Positions 8,943-20,028 of a stretch of 50,377 bases of DNA are shown one piece after another. The position numbers and the translations under genes are program-made. The stretch is from positions 1 to 50,377 of the IMG/VR virus record IMGVR_UViG_3300025518_000025. The stretch is one strand, 5' to 3'. The first letter of the stretch is position 1. Each line of letters opens with the position of its first letter. The notes below the pieces were generated by a model that saw nothing but the letters and a program-made list of their open reading frames with translations, was not told the origin of the DNA and made no database searches. The stretch comes from a virus (lineage: Duplodnaviria > Caudoviricetes).

Positions 8943-10973
8943 TTATGCTTTAATTAAATAATCTCCCGCATAAAGTAGATTAGGTATTTCACCATAACTT
9001 TCTTCTGGAATAACAGATTCAGTACCTTGTGAACTATATACATTTCCTGTTTTTTTCATCACAGCCGTTAAAACATAAGAATCAGTATCACCTAAAGGAC
9101 CTTCTGTATTAAAATTGCCGTTTTTAACATACATAATACCGTTTATTATTACATTATTATGAGAGAGCGCAATCATTAATTTTCTCCATATTTCTTTTGT
9201 TACCGGCTCAAATATAAATTCTTCACCTTCACGCAATGAGGCACTTAATAAAATTGAATCAGTATCTGTATCATGTATTTCATGTTCATCTTCAGATTTT
9301 CCTTTTTTAGATATATAGGGAATTCTTATTTTATGAACAATCCCGGTACTATAATTAATATCAGTATTGGTATCATTAAAATAAACTATTTCAATAGTAT
9401 TCTCTTGTTTTAATTTCACATCAATAACTTCGCTTAAAAATTGAACAGTTTCAAACTTAGGATCTGTTTCTGTAATTTTTACCTGAATTTTCTTATCAAG
9501 ATAAACAGACATATCAATAGAAAACTCGTAAATATTGTAATTAAAAAGGTTATAAATACTTCCAACTATTATGTTTGTATCAGTGCCTGTAAAAACATTT
9601 GATATTATAATAACCTCTGCTAATTTTGTTTCATCAAAAATGACATCTTCAATTATATACCAAACATTATCAATAATTAGATAATTACCAACATAAGCCC
9701 ATTCAGGAACTGCACCATTCAAAGCATAAGGCTCATCTATTATTTCTGTATCAAAATTGTATTTATTACCGGACACGAAATAGATACCTGTTAAACCATT
9801 TCCTAAATTATATTTAATAGCATCTCGTTTATCTTTTAAACCAATGAAATTTGATTTTTTAACAATAGGTATATTATCTTCTGTTAAATCGCATTTTAAA
9901 ACTTTTACATCAATATTTTTAAAGTTAGAACGGATTTGAGTTGTGATGGTATCACTGCTTTGAAACTTTTGTATTTCTGTATCCGGTAATTTTACATCAA
10001 CTTCATAACTCAAAGTATTTTCATCAGATTTATAATTATCACTCACTCCCCATTCAACTACTTTTTTAAAACGAATGCTATTAGCTTTTGAAGGTAAAGC
10101 TGCATAAGGCACATTTACTCCGGCTCCTATTCCAACCTCATCAAAACTTGTAACAATAAAATCTTTTTGTATTGAGCACCCTAACTGATCTTTAATGTAA
10201 ATGGTATAATTACCGGATGTTAATCCTGAAAATATATTGGAAGATTGAAATGTAACATTATCTAAAGAATATTGTAATACAAGACCTTCTACTTGTGTAA
10301 TAGTAGTTGTTGCTGTAGCCCCACTAGGTGAATTGATAATTTTAACAATTGTATTTGAAGATGATAGTTTCTTTGGCAGTGAAACTGTTTTGGCAGCTGT
10401 TTTACCATTAACATCAGTTACATTGATAATTGACGATATACCTCTACTCAATTCGTAAGTAAACGGATTATTAGTATTTGGTAAACCATTTACAATTGTT
10501 GCTAAAACACTTGTGGTTATATTTAATTTTACTTTGTTGCATTGATCTGTATCTGCAGCACTATAAACAACACCATCAATTGTTATTGCCGGTGTCTCAA
10601 CTTCATTTTGAATAGTTATAATTGCACCAGAATTATTTGCTGTTTCAGCAAAAACAGCGTTGCTGAAATTAGCTGTAATTTCTACTTTTCCAAGACCGTT
10701 TGCTAACGGTGTGGCCACAACTGTGAATAAATTTGTTGTGTTATGATCTAGATTAAAAGCGTTTTTAAAATTAGTAGCAACATTACCAAACCATCTATCA
10801 GGGTGTATTCCATCATCTGGTTCGAATATAGGAAGTGTTACTTGATAATTAGCTGAACGTATTTCTTTAAAAGTTTCATTTAACAATATACCATAGCTAG
10901 TTTCTGAGATAGCTAGAAAACTATCTACACTAGGAATTGTTTGAAAATCTATCGTTATTTTTGAAAAAGCCAT
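8943..10973 (-). CDS. Tail tip/structural protein with a SprB-like repeat
   Basis: YSLDNVTFQSSNIFSGLTSGNYTIYIKDQLGC; second gene downstream of the tape measure. Confidence 0.6.
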   Translation of the reverse strand: MAFSKITIDFQTIPSVDSFLAISETSYGILLNETFKEIRSANYQVTLPIFEPDDGIHPDRWFGNVATNFKNAFNLDHNTTNLFTVVATPLANGLGKVEITANFSNAVFAETANNSGAIITIQNEVETPAITIDGVVYSAADTDQCNKVKLNITTSVLATIVNGLPNTNNPFTYELSRGISSIINVTDVNGKTAAKTVSLPKKLSSSNTIVKIINSPSGATATTTITQVEGLVLQYSLDNVTFQSSNIFSGLTSGNYTIYIKDQLGCSIQKDFIVTSFDEVGIGAGVNVPYAALPSKANSIRFKKVVEWGVSDNYKSDENTLSYEVDVKLPDTEIQKFQSSDTITTQIRSNFKNIDVKVLKCDLTEDNIPIVKKSNFIGLKDKRDAIKYNLGNGLTGIYFVSGNKYNFDTEIIDEPYALNGAVPEWAYVGNYLIIDNVWYIIEDVIFDETKLAEVIIISNVFTGTDTNIIVGSIYNLFNYNIYEFSIDMSVYLDKKIQVKITETDPKFETVQFLSEVIDVKLKQENTIEIVYFNDTNTDINYSTGIVHKIRIPYISKKGKSEDEHEIHDTDTDSILLSASLREGEEFIFEPVTKEIWRKLMIALSHNNVIINGIMYVKNGNFNTEGPLGDTDSYVLTAVMKKTGNVYSSQGTESVIPEESYGEIPNLLYAGDYLIKA

Positions 10974-10991
10974 ATCGTTGTTTTTAGAATG

Positions 10992-13223
10992 TTATTTATT
11001 ATATTTTATTATTTCCCAGTTTCCTTTATTGTTAGGTTTTAAACTATCCAGGTATCCTTTTTCAATTTCTCCTTTCTCATTTTTAAAAGCGATGAGTCCA
11101 TACATATTAGGTACTTTTTTACCTAAAATAACGGTGGTTCCATAAATTTGCTGCAACAATTCAAAATCCACAGGAAATTCAAATTTTACTTTTTCAGGGA
11201 TAAACCTTGCCTTTGTAAGTAATTTATTCTGAATATTTCCTTTTTCAGAATATTCAATTTCACCAATTAGTTGAGTTGATAGATTAACATTCCCTACTGA
11301 GCTGGCATATCTAACAAATTCATTCGGATATTTTGTTAATCCAGCAGAAATAGTCCATCCATTATTTCTCAACATTGTAAAAGGTGTTAGTCTTAAATTT
11401 GTTGCAGAATCAGGATCATACGTTCCTGTAGGTTCTTTTTGTAAAATATCTTGCCAAACTACTTGCTCAAATACCTCTGTAAGACCTCTTTTTAAATCTA
11501 ATAACATAATATCTTTATCATAAGTGGTGTCTTCTGTTGGATAGTCAGCTTTTGGCTTACGTCTTGATATTTCTGTTGCTGTTGGATCAGCTCTGTATTT
11601 TGATAGTAATGTTAATATGTTTTTTTCTATTATTGATAAGGTATAAGTAGATTTTGCATTGTATTCAAATAATCCCATTATTTCTTCATACTCACCTCCT
11701 TTTTCATAACCAACTTCAACACTTGAATAATATAGTTCTGGCATTTTGGTTCTTTTTACATTACTAACCTGTATATATTCAAACACATTAGAATAACTAT
11801 TTCCTAATTTTATGGTTACATTTCTGTTATAGAAAAATTCTTTTTTTTCTATTCTGATACGTTCTTTAAAACCTATTTTTTCAATACCCATTCCCAATCC
11901 TTTAACAGCTAGATAAGAAGTTAGAAAATCTTTTAATGATGTTGTGAATTTCTTATACAATTCATCACCATCAACAAACCCTCTTACCCAATGACCGTGT
12001 GTAAGTCCAATTAAAGAGGCTTCGCCATCTTCAGCATATCCAAGATCTGTTCTTCCTAAAGCTTCTGAATATAAAGCGTCTGTTCTTCCGGTGATTATCT
12101 GTAATAACCTATTACAAACTTCAAAAGGTAGTAACACATTAGATTGTGATTTTTCATAGAAACTATCTTCTTCAATTGTTATACTTGCAACCGTTTCTTC
12201 AAAATCAACATAAATACGATCATTTGGGTCGAAAACAGCTCCACTAAACGACCCGCTACCAAACCATACCAACGCCAAACTCTCACCTTCTAATAATTCA
12301 ATATTTTGATTATAATTAACATTGATTATATGGTTATCCATATTATATGGATTTGGCACTGTATAAAGATGCGTTCTGTTTACCAAGTTATAATCTTCAC
12401 CACCATTATATTTAACCAAATCAACACGCATTTTAATATTACTGGCGCTTAAACTACGTGGTTTTATTTTACATTTTACAGATATATTAATTTTTAGTGT
12501 TTTTTTTCTATCATTAACAGCATAAAATAATGATGAAGGAGCTCCTTTTATAATGGTTCCTGCCTGTTCAAACTGATTTTTTAAGATAGAATGTACCAAT
12601 TCATCAGATTTATAATTAACTGATACCGGAATGCCTAACTGCCCTTCATTATAACCATCACTGGCTTTTCTTCTAAAAGCATTACTAATACGATCTATTT
12701 CTTGAACCTCCAATAAACTTTTTAAGAATATTTTACGTCCGTTTAAAGAAACTTTTTTAGGGATTAAAGGATTAATAGGCATCCCATCAATTGTATCTAA
12801 ACGCTCTAATTCTAATTGTTCACTCTCTCTTGATTTTATCAATTTTTCAAGTCCACCTGCATTGTATTTAATGCTCAGTTTATCGTCTTCTTCTGTTTTA
12901 GTCATCAAATCTAAAAAACCATCGTAACCACGAATCCATTGATCCGTTTTAGGGTGTTTTTCATCTTTTACCAATCGTATTTCTGCATTAACTCCGTATA
13001 AATCATCAACTAAATTTATCCAATCTTTACCATTGCCTAAAAATTTTAAGCTATTGCTAAAATTGGTAAATAAACCGTCATAACCTTTGTTTTTAGCCAG
13101 CTCTTTGTCATCATCTTTCCATCCTAAAGGTTCGGAAATAACAATACTGGTCATGCCTTTACAAGAAAGTGTATAACGTACTCTGTCGCTTAATGTTGGG
13201 TTTACATCGCTCATGAGTTCCAA
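10992..13223 (-). CDS. Tail tip/baseplate hub-like protein
   Basis: Directly downstream of the tape measure; EPLGWKD N-terminal motif; 743 aa. Confidence 0.6.
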   Translation of the reverse strand: MELMSDVNPTLSDRVRYTLSCKGMTSIVISEPLGWKDDDKELAKNKGYDGLFTNFSNSLKFLGNGKDWINLVDDLYGVNAEIRLVKDEKHPKTDQWIRGYDGFLDLMTKTEEDDKLSIKYNAGGLEKLIKSRESEQLELERLDTIDGMPINPLIPKKVSLNGRKIFLKSLLEVQEIDRISNAFRRKASDGYNEGQLGIPVSVNYKSDELVHSILKNQFEQAGTIIKGAPSSLFYAVNDRKKTLKINISVKCKIKPRSLSASNIKMRVDLVKYNGGEDYNLVNRTHLYTVPNPYNMDNHIINVNYNQNIELLEGESLALVWFGSGSFSGAVFDPNDRIYVDFEETVASITIEEDSFYEKSQSNVLLPFEVCNRLLQIITGRTDALYSEALGRTDLGYAEDGEASLIGLTHGHWVRGFVDGDELYKKFTTSLKDFLTSYLAVKGLGMGIEKIGFKERIRIEKKEFFYNRNVTIKLGNSYSNVFEYIQVSNVKRTKMPELYYSSVEVGYEKGGEYEEIMGLFEYNAKSTYTLSIIEKNILTLLSKYRADPTATEISRRKPKADYPTEDTTYDKDIMLLDLKRGLTEVFEQVVWQDILQKEPTGTYDPDSATNLRLTPFTMLRNNGWTISAGLTKYPNEFVRYASSVGNVNLSTQLIGEIEYSEKGNIQNKLLTKARFIPEKVKFEFPVDFELLQQIYGTTVILGKKVPNMYGLIAFKNEKGEIEKGYLDSLKPNNKGNWEIIKYNK

Positions 13224-16200
13224 TTAATATTTTTAGACTTCCATATTGAATGAGGAATGTCAATTTTGTTTTTAAGAATGATTGTTTTTTGACGCTCAAT
13301 TACTTTTCTGGTCTGTTTTAATTCTTCTAACATTTCTTTTCCATAAGCATCATCAAACAGTTGTTTAGCTTGATAATCATTCATGTTTTTACCTTCCATT
13401 GCAAGTGATGACATCATTGCAGCGCGTTGCAATTTGTAGTACTCTTCTACTGAACTATGCACCTGGTCATCTTTCTTTAAAAAGGTAAGTGTTGGTTTGT
13501 TAGGTGTTAAACGTGGATTATTACCGTATTTATCGGTAATTACCTCACTAACACCACCGTCTCCAACATAGGCAATTTCTTCTTTTCCGCCTTTTCTACC
13601 ATGTTTGTATTTCGGAATTGGCTGCGCTAATACCGTTGCTGCTTGTACGGCTCCAATACCAATAATGTATGGCAATAAAGCAGGACCAAAAATAGGACCT
13701 AAACCATAAGGCGGAGGACCCAATGCTGTAATAGAAGCCAATGCAGTTTGCGCTACAATAGTAGCTAAATTGGCTATTTTATTAAAGATTGCCTGCTTTT
13801 GTTGTTCCTTGCGCTTTTTAGCTTCTAATTTTTCACGCTGTTTTTCTGCTTCATTTGCAATTAAGTCTTTTTGTATCTGATCATCACCAGCTAGTTCTAA
13901 TTGCTTATTGTAGTATTCTTCACTTCGTTGAATATCATCATCTATTCGCTGGATTCTAGCATCAAAAATAGTATTGGTAAAATCAACCAACGCATCTTTT
14001 AATTGAAATGCTAAATCTTTAACTCTTTCGCTGAATTCTTTTTCTAAGTATTCTTTAGTAAAAATATTTTCAGCATAATTTTCTGTTTCAAGATCAGAAA
14101 CTTCCTTTTTAAAACGGAATAAATCAGCGGTATATTTTGCTATTTTTTCAGCTGATATACGTTCTTTTTCAGGTAACTTATCTTGATTAGCCAGTAAATC
14201 TTCAATTTTTGATATTTGAAAATTTAAACCATCAATAGCATACTTCTTTTGAATGGCTAAAACACGCTTTTCATGGTCTTCTCTTGCTTTCTCAATTAAC
14301 TCAAAATTACCTTTAGCAGCATCTAATTCATTAACATAGGTATTGTTCTCTGCAACTAAATCTTTGTTTAAATTATTGTCTTTTGTTTGTAATTCAGCAT
14401 CTATTCTTTTCTGAAGAACATTTAATTCATTATCAATTATTGCCTGACGCTTTTTTTCTTCTGTGATAGCAATACCGGTTAATGCTTCCTGGTATTTTTC
14501 ATACAATAATTGTTGCTCTGCAGTTAATTTTTTCTTGAGTTCACCTGTTTTAATAAATTCTGCTATTTCAATATCTGAAAGCTGACGAACAAATTTTCCT
14601 GAATCCTCATCGTATTTTCCTAATTGCTTCAATTCATTTTCTAATCCTTCTTTATGTTTTTGAAGCATCTTTTGATTGGCCACTTCCAGCGCATCTAATT
14701 TTTCATCTAAGGTTGATTTTTCATCTTCAACAATTTTATTGTTTAAATCAATTTCTCTTTGAAGTCTGAATTGTGATAATTTAAAAGCATCATCATCCGC
14801 TTTCTTTTGTGCATCATACAGTTCTTTTCTCAATTTCTTTTGAGCTGCTAAAAATGCTTTTCTTTTTTTCTCATCTTCATCTCTTTGTGTTTCAGCATCT
14901 TTTAGGTTGTTTTGATGTTCTAATTCTGATGCTAAATCTCTATACTTTTTATTCTCTGCTAAAAGCAGATTATTGGAAAGTGTTAAATTATTTTTTTCAT
15001 TTTCAGTATTTACTTTTAGATTGCTTAGTTTCTTTTGCGCTCTATCTTTAGCTACAACAATACCAACGCTACCTCCACTAGCTTTTTCTATTCGTTCTAA
15101 TTCTGCAATTTCATTTTCTAATACCTTTATTTTCTCTGCAGAAGTGTTTTTAGTGTTTTCTAATAATTCATTATTAGCTTTAATAATCATCTGATTTGTT
15201 TCAATGAAATTATCCAACACTTTTTTCTTTGCAGCAATTTCTTGCTTATCTAATTCCTTAGATTCGCCTTGTTTTTTTCTTTTAAGCTCAAACTCATTTT
15301 CTATTTGTTTGATGTTTTTATTGTAAAACTCCTCATTATTTTTAGCAGTTTCTTCTAATACTTTTTTAGTTTTATCAGTATTGGTATTAATTCTATTTTG
15401 TATTGCTTCATTTTCTGATAGTTCACTGTTAAAAACTTTATAAGCAACAACCACCGCTGCTAATAAAGCTAAAACCACACCCCAAGGCGTTGCAGTCATA
15501 GCCGTATTTAATCCGGTTTGAGCAACTGTTGCAGCTCTAACGGCTGTTGCTTGTGCTAAAACAGATGTTCTACCAATACCAGTAGCTAATGCAAAACTTA
15601 ATTCAGCAGCTGCAGCAGCTGTTTTTAAGGCAGTATAGGAAGAAGTTATAAAACTCATAAGCTTCATAATTCCAAAATATGCCAATAAAACACTACCAAA
15701 TTTTATAAAATTTTCAATTATACTTCCTAAATTATCTCTTAAATACTTTAAAGAATTAGCTATTTTTTGTGTTCCACCATTTGCTTGATCAGTAGATAAA
15801 ATATACGCATCCCACTTGTCTTTTACATCACCTATAATAGAGGATATACTTTCAGAGGCAGCTTCTACCTCTCTGTTTAAAGCTAAGTTTTCCTGGTACT
15901 CTAATGTAGCTTGAGCAACTGAATCTGTTAAAATAGTATAGTTGGCTGCTAAAGCACCAATAACGGTTGTGGCTCTTTTTTCGGTAATATTAACATCATC
16001 TAAAATATTATTTAGATTTTGACCTTCTTCTTTTGCTTTTGAGAGACCACCAACGAATTTTACAAAAACTCCAGAAGCATCTTTATTGAATTGTTCTGAT
16101 AGTTCTTTTTGCGTTAATCCAGTAAGTTTTAATACTTGCTCAAGATTTGCACCTGTTGAAATAGCTTTATCAATTACTTTAAAAGCAGTTTGAATAGCAC

Positions 16201-17380
16201 TTCTAGATGATTCAGCTTCTGAACCCAAAGAAGATGTTGCTGCTCCCAAACCTAAAACACTTTCAGCAGATGCATTGTAAATAGATACTCCCTTTTGTAT
16301 TTCTGTTGAGTTTTCTAATACCTGAGCTTCAGTTGTAGCAAAATTATTACCTAACTGCGTGATTACAGATGCTAAACGGTCTGCATTTTCAAAACTATCT
16401 TGAGAAACTTCAATAAATTTCGCAAAATCCTGAACTTGTTCATTTGAAATAATATCCGATGTTAGCTTTAATTTCTCAATAGCTGTAGAAAATCGCAATA
16501 TATTTTCAGTTCCTTTAACACCCAATTGTCCTGCTACTTCAGATGATTTTAAAAGACCTGCTACAGAAACTCCATTTAATTTGTCGCCCAAATCAACAAC
16601 TTCTTTTCCAAAATCTTTTAAATCCTGACCAGAAATGTTAGTTGTTTTTCCAACGGCAATTAATTGGCGGTCAAAATCTTTAATAGTTGAAAAAATGTCT
16701 TTTACTATTTGCCCAAATAAATCAACACCGGTTAATAATCCGAAAGTAGACACTAAGTCTCTAGCTGTTTGATTTAACCCTTGAAAAGCACTGCTATAAT
16801 TACCAATGTTTTTAGAATAATTTTTAGTAGCTGCATCAACCGCTTTTACACGCGCATCTAGTTTATCATATTCAACTTGCGCAATCTTTACTTGATTGAT
16901 ATTTACTTTTTCAGCACTTAGTAAATTTGCTAAAGTTTGTTGTGCTTTGTTGCGTTGAGTGTTTAATCTTTCATAAGAGCTTACCAATCCTAAACGCTCA
17001 CGAGCTTCCGATTTTAATGCTTTAGCAGTTTCTTGTAACTCTACACGTTCTTTTATTAAAGCTCTACTAGTGCCCTCTGAAATTAATTGTTTCTTTTTAA
17101 TAGCACTAATTAATTGATTTTCTAACTGAATTTGTTCACGCCAAACAACACTTTGTGTCTTACTAATTTCAATTTCTTGCGTTTTAGCTTTTATGTATTC
17201 AGTATTGTTAGTCGAGTTTTTTATAAGTTTTGCAATGTTATTTAATTCAATAACACCTTTAGAAAATTCCTTATTTTTATCAATTGCTAATTGAACTTGT
17301 TTTTGATATTCAGCACCCCAATTAAGAGCTTCATCTTCAATAACCTGTTTACGAGTGATTACACCATCAGAGTTTGCCAT
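13211..17380 (-). CDS. Tail tape measure protein (TP901-like core)
   Basis: 1389 aa; coiled coil; FDRQLIAVGKTT..AGQLGV..LGNNFATTE core; ATPWGVVLALL TM region. Confidence 0.93.
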   Translation of the reverse strand: MANSDGVITRKQVIEDEALNWGAEYQKQVQLAIDKNKEFSKGVIELNNIAKLIKNSTNNTEYIKAKTQEIEISKTQSVVWREQIQLENQLISAIKKKQLISEGTSRALIKERVELQETAKALKSEARERLGLVSSYERLNTQRNKAQQTLANLLSAEKVNINQVKIAQVEYDKLDARVKAVDAATKNYSKNIGNYSSAFQGLNQTARDLVSTFGLLTGVDLFGQIVKDIFSTIKDFDRQLIAVGKTTNISGQDLKDFGKEVVDLGDKLNGVSVAGLLKSSEVAGQLGVKGTENILRFSTAIEKLKLTSDIISNEQVQDFAKFIEVSQDSFENADRLASVITQLGNNFATTEAQVLENSTEIQKGVSIYNASAESVLGLGAATSSLGSEAESSRSAIQTAFKVIDKAISTGANLEQVLKLTGLTQKELSEQFNKDASGVFVKFVGGLSKAKEEGQNLNNILDDVNITEKRATTVIGALAANYTILTDSVAQATLEYQENLALNREVEAASESISSIIGDVKDKWDAYILSTDQANGGTQKIANSLKYLRDNLGSIIENFIKFGSVLLAYFGIMKLMSFITSSYTALKTAAAAAELSFALATGIGRTSVLAQATAVRAATVAQTGLNTAMTATPWGVVLALLAAVVVAYKVFNSELSENEAIQNRINTNTDKTKKVLEETAKNNEEFYNKNIKQIENEFELKRKKQGESKELDKQEIAAKKKVLDNFIETNQMIIKANNELLENTKNTSAEKIKVLENEIAELERIEKASGGSVGIVVAKDRAQKKLSNLKVNTENEKNNLTLSNNLLLAENKKYRDLASELEHQNNLKDAETQRDEDEKKRKAFLAAQKKLRKELYDAQKKADDDAFKLSQFRLQREIDLNNKIVEDEKSTLDEKLDALEVANQKMLQKHKEGLENELKQLGKYDEDSGKFVRQLSDIEIAEFIKTGELKKKLTAEQQLLYEKYQEALTGIAITEEKKRQAIIDNELNVLQKRIDAELQTKDNNLNKDLVAENNTYVNELDAAKGNFELIEKAREDHEKRVLAIQKKYAIDGLNFQISKIEDLLANQDKLPEKERISAEKIAKYTADLFRFKKEVSDLETENYAENIFTKEYLEKEFSERVKDLAFQLKDALVDFTNTIFDARIQRIDDDIQRSEEYYNKQLELAGDDQIQKDLIANEAEKQREKLEAKKRKEQQKQAIFNKIANLATIVAQTALASITALGPPPYGLGPIFGPALLPYIIGIGAVQAATVLAQPIPKYKHGRKGGKEEIAYVGDGGVSEVITDKYGNNPRLTPNKPTLTFLKKDDQVHSSVEEYYKLQRAAMMSSLAMEGKNMNDYQAKQLFDDAYGKEMLEELKQTRKVIERQKTIILKNKIDIPHSIWKSKNINWNS

Positions 17381-17990
17381 TATTAGTAGTATTTTGTTTC
17401 TTAATTGAGTTAATTTTTGCGTTTACTTGCTTTTGAAAAGCGTAATATTTTAAATAGGAAACCGTATTGTAATCGCCAATATCAAATCCTAATATTGATG
17501 AATAACTAGCCATTATATCATCTATATTATACTCACTTTTACCTTGTTCTTTTGGCTCCGGCAACATATTTTGATATAATTCTGCTTTTACTACATACGC
17601 ATTCGCTTCATTTTCAATTTTTTCTAAATCAGCATAATATTTATCAGTACTTTCGAGTGATATTTTGTACCCTTTCTCAATAAGCACATCGTATATTTCC
17701 TGATTAAAATCATATTTTAAGACTTCACAGCTCATTAATACCACCTTATTTAAAGCTAGTAATTCATCAATATTTTTTGAAAGTTTAAATATTTTCTTAG
17801 CCTCAGTGGTTTGGTTTTTTTCTAGATGTTCATTGTATAATTCTGCCCAAATAGTAGCATACTTTACTAAATTTTCAGGCGAACAATCACCTTCTTTTTT
17901 AACATCGCTATTTAATAGCCAAAACGAACCATGCTCTTCTATTTTTAAGAAGAGTTTGTAAGGAATTATATCAAGTGAATTGTAAATCAT
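17367..17990 (-). CDS. Putative tail assembly chaperone
   Basis: Position immediately upstream of the tape measure (synteny only). Confidence 0.4.
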   Translation of the reverse strand: MIYNSLDIIPYKLFLKIEEHGSFWLLNSDVKKEGDCSPENLVKYATIWAELYNEHLEKNQTTEAKKIFKLSKNIDELLALNKVVLMSCEVLKYDFNQEIYDVLIEKGYKISLESTDKYYADLEKIENEANAYVVKAELYQNMLPEPKEQGKSEYNIDDIMASYSSILGFDIGDYNTVSYLKYYAFQKQVNAKINSIKKQNTTNNGKL

Positions 17991-18436
17991 ATATCGAGTA
18001 ATTTTCTGCTATTTTCAATAAAAAAAGGCAATAACCTCGTTGCTATCACCTCTTTTAAGTCTTTATCACGCAATCCAAAGAGTTTGTCAGACAACCAATG
18101 TTTACTACTTAGAATATCGTTTGTTTTTGGATCTGTTGATCTAAACCGTAACACTCCTGAGACTTCTTGCATATAGAAACCTTTTAACCAGTTTCCAGTA
18201 TCAATACCTGTAAAAGGAGTTCCCCATTCTTTTTTACCACCAGATATTTCTTCAGTTGCCTTAGAATAAAATCCTATTGGTTTTCCAAATATATCCTCAC
18301 TGTCCTCTGAAATCCTTTTTTTCTCAAGTTCTATTATCTCTTTTTCAATACTTCTTATAAACTTATAAAGGTCCTTTTTTAACCGATTCTGATCTAGCTT
18401 TTTTGCTTTGTTCAACTGTTCTTGAAGTGTTGCCAT
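17987..18436 (-). CDS. Putative neck/tail completion protein (HK97 gp10-like / virion morphogenesis)
   Basis: DTGNW motif, size and synteny. Confidence 0.45.
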   Translation of the reverse strand: MATLQEQLNKAKKLDQNRLKKDLYKFIRSIEKEIIELEKKRISEDSEDIFGKPIGFYSKATEEISGGKKEWGTPFTGIDTGNWLKGFYMQEVSGVLRFRSTDPKTNDILSSKHWLSDKLFGLRDKDLKEVIATRLLPFFIENSRKLLDI

Positions 18437-18590
18437 CTGTAGCTATTTTATAAGCTTTTTTAAGTTCCTGCTCTCGATCTTTAGGATGCATATTTTTAAA
18501 GACATGAGTTGAGCTAAACTCTTCTTTAAAATCCGCAAAGGACTTGTTATAGCCCTCTGCGAAAGTTATCCCTTTATACGTTTTTTTCAT
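18363..18590 (-). CDS. Hypothetical structural-region protein
   Basis: Coupled to the tail tube stop codon; overlaps the next gene by 74 bp. Confidence 0.55.
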   Translation of the reverse strand: MKKTYKGITFAEGYNKSFADFKEEFSSTHVFKNMHPKDREQELKKAYKIATDGNTSRTVEQSKKARSESVKKGPL

Positions 18591-19489
18591 TACGTAACGG
18601 TAATTGAAAGCGGTGTTGGTCCTTCATACATAATGGTAGTTTGAACCACAATTCCTTTTACACTAACGGTAAATCCGGTTGCAAAACCAGTTCCAGTTAA
18701 TTCATAGGTATTATCAACACCTGGAGCAACAAATGATACAGCTTGAACAGCTCCTGCAAGATCTTTAACCTCAAAATCACCATCTTCTAGAGAAGTAACA
18801 AATGAGTTACCAGCTTTAGCAGTGAATTTTATAGATGTAGCAGAAGCACTTACTTGTTGTAAACCAACATCAAAGATTCCTTCTAAATGCCCTTCTTCTA
18901 AATCGCTTTTAACGATTACAGCACTTAAAACATCATCTTTATCAGCAAAAGTGATAGAACCTTTTACATAAGGAACTTTATCTTTTGTGGCGCGAATTCT
19001 GGTAACGGTCAATTCTTTTATTTTTCGACCTTTTACTTTTACACCATCAACGGCATAAATACCTGAGTAATCAGCATCTTCGTTGAATTCAAATAATTCA
19101 CCGTAGTTTCCTAATTCCTGGTATGATTTTAATGCAGCATAAGCAGCAACACTTAAATAACACTCGAATGTGATTTTTTCAACTCCTTTTGAAGTTACTT
19201 TTGAGAAGTTTCCGCTCTCAAACTTTGTATCTTCGGTTGATGCATCAGCTAATTCGTAAACCGGGAACAATGGCACAATGCTTTTAGCTGCAATAGCAGC
19301 TCTCCAATCGGCTACTGTTTTAAAAGCAGTAACAGAAGGAAACTCAAACCCATTTGATAAAACAGGAATAAGTAATTTTGATTCAATACAGTTATCTCTG
19401 TAACCTGTATTTTTCTGCGGATTCGCCGCTCCGCTGCAAATGTCTATATATGTTTTTGACATAATATTTTTAATTAATTTGTTAAACAA
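18590..19489 (-). CDS. Major tail tube protein (probable start MSKTY), with a C-terminal Ig-like segment
   Basis: Size, beta-rich composition and position between head-tail genes and the tape measure. Confidence 0.6.
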   Translation of the reverse strand: MFNKLIKNIMSKTYIDICSGAANPQKNTGYRDNCIESKLLIPVLSNGFEFPSVTAFKTVADWRAAIAAKSIVPLFPVYELADASTEDTKFESGNFSKVTSKGVEKITFECYLSVAAYAALKSYQELGNYGELFEFNEDADYSGIYAVDGVKVKGRKIKELTVTRIRATKDKVPYVKGSITFADKDDVLSAVIVKSDLEEGHLEGIFDVGLQQVSASATSIKFTAKAGNSFVTSLEDGDFEVKDLAGAVQAVSFVAPGVDNTYELTGTGFATGFTVSVKGIVVQTTIMYEGPTPLSITVT

Positions 19490-20028
19490 CTAACGTTATA
19501 CGTAATTTCTCCACTTATTGAAAACACATGAAAAGGATGTTCATCATATCCTTTTAGGTTTTCTGTGTAAAAATCATCTAATGATTCCTTAATTCCTTTT
19601 TCCATTTTTTCAAATGAAAACCACGTTTTTTTCCTGATCAACTCTATTGCTTTCATCTGAGCTTCCATATCTGCTCTATGAACACTCTCAGGATATATTT
19701 TTTGAAGATTTAACATAAACACTATTTTAACAGTATTTGTAAATCTTATACCCTCTTTTGAGTTGTGTTTTGGTCCTTCAATAAAAAAGATAGAACCGTT
19801 TTTAGTGTCATTTATAAGAACATCTTTATACTCATTCTTTCCTATATAAGCCTCTGGAACATCCTTTTTGTCTTTTGACTGATTCTTGTAAACACGACCA
19901 TACACTTCTATTTCACCCCAATTTAAATTATCAAAAAGATACATTTGTATTTTTTGAATAACAGCATCAATGCCTTTAGGATTTGTGAGTATATGATTCA
20001 TAATTTTACCAAAGTGGTGTTCCGTCAA
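19474..20028 (-). CDS. Putative tail terminator/completion protein
   Basis: Synteny. Confidence 0.45.
   Translation of the reverse strand: MTEHHFGKIMNHILTNPKGIDAVIQKIQMYLFDNLNWGEIEVYGRVYKNQSKDKKDVPEAYIGKNEYKDVLINDTKNGSIFFIEGPKHNSKEGIRFTNTVKIVFMLNLQKIYPESVHRADMEAQMKAIELIRKKTWFSFEKMEKGIKESLDDFYTENLKGYDEHPFHVFSISGEITYNVSCLTN

Noticed and set aside
10981-10995. TTTAGAATG as a third Fur-like box
   Set aside because: Only a half-site, with no symmetric arm or adjacent -7 element
18363-18460. Programmed -1 frameshift for tail chaperones at AAAAAAG runs
   Set aside because: The runs are not in the X XXY YYZ phase of the upstream ORF; joining the ORFs needs a +1 shift; the downstream ORF has its own ATG
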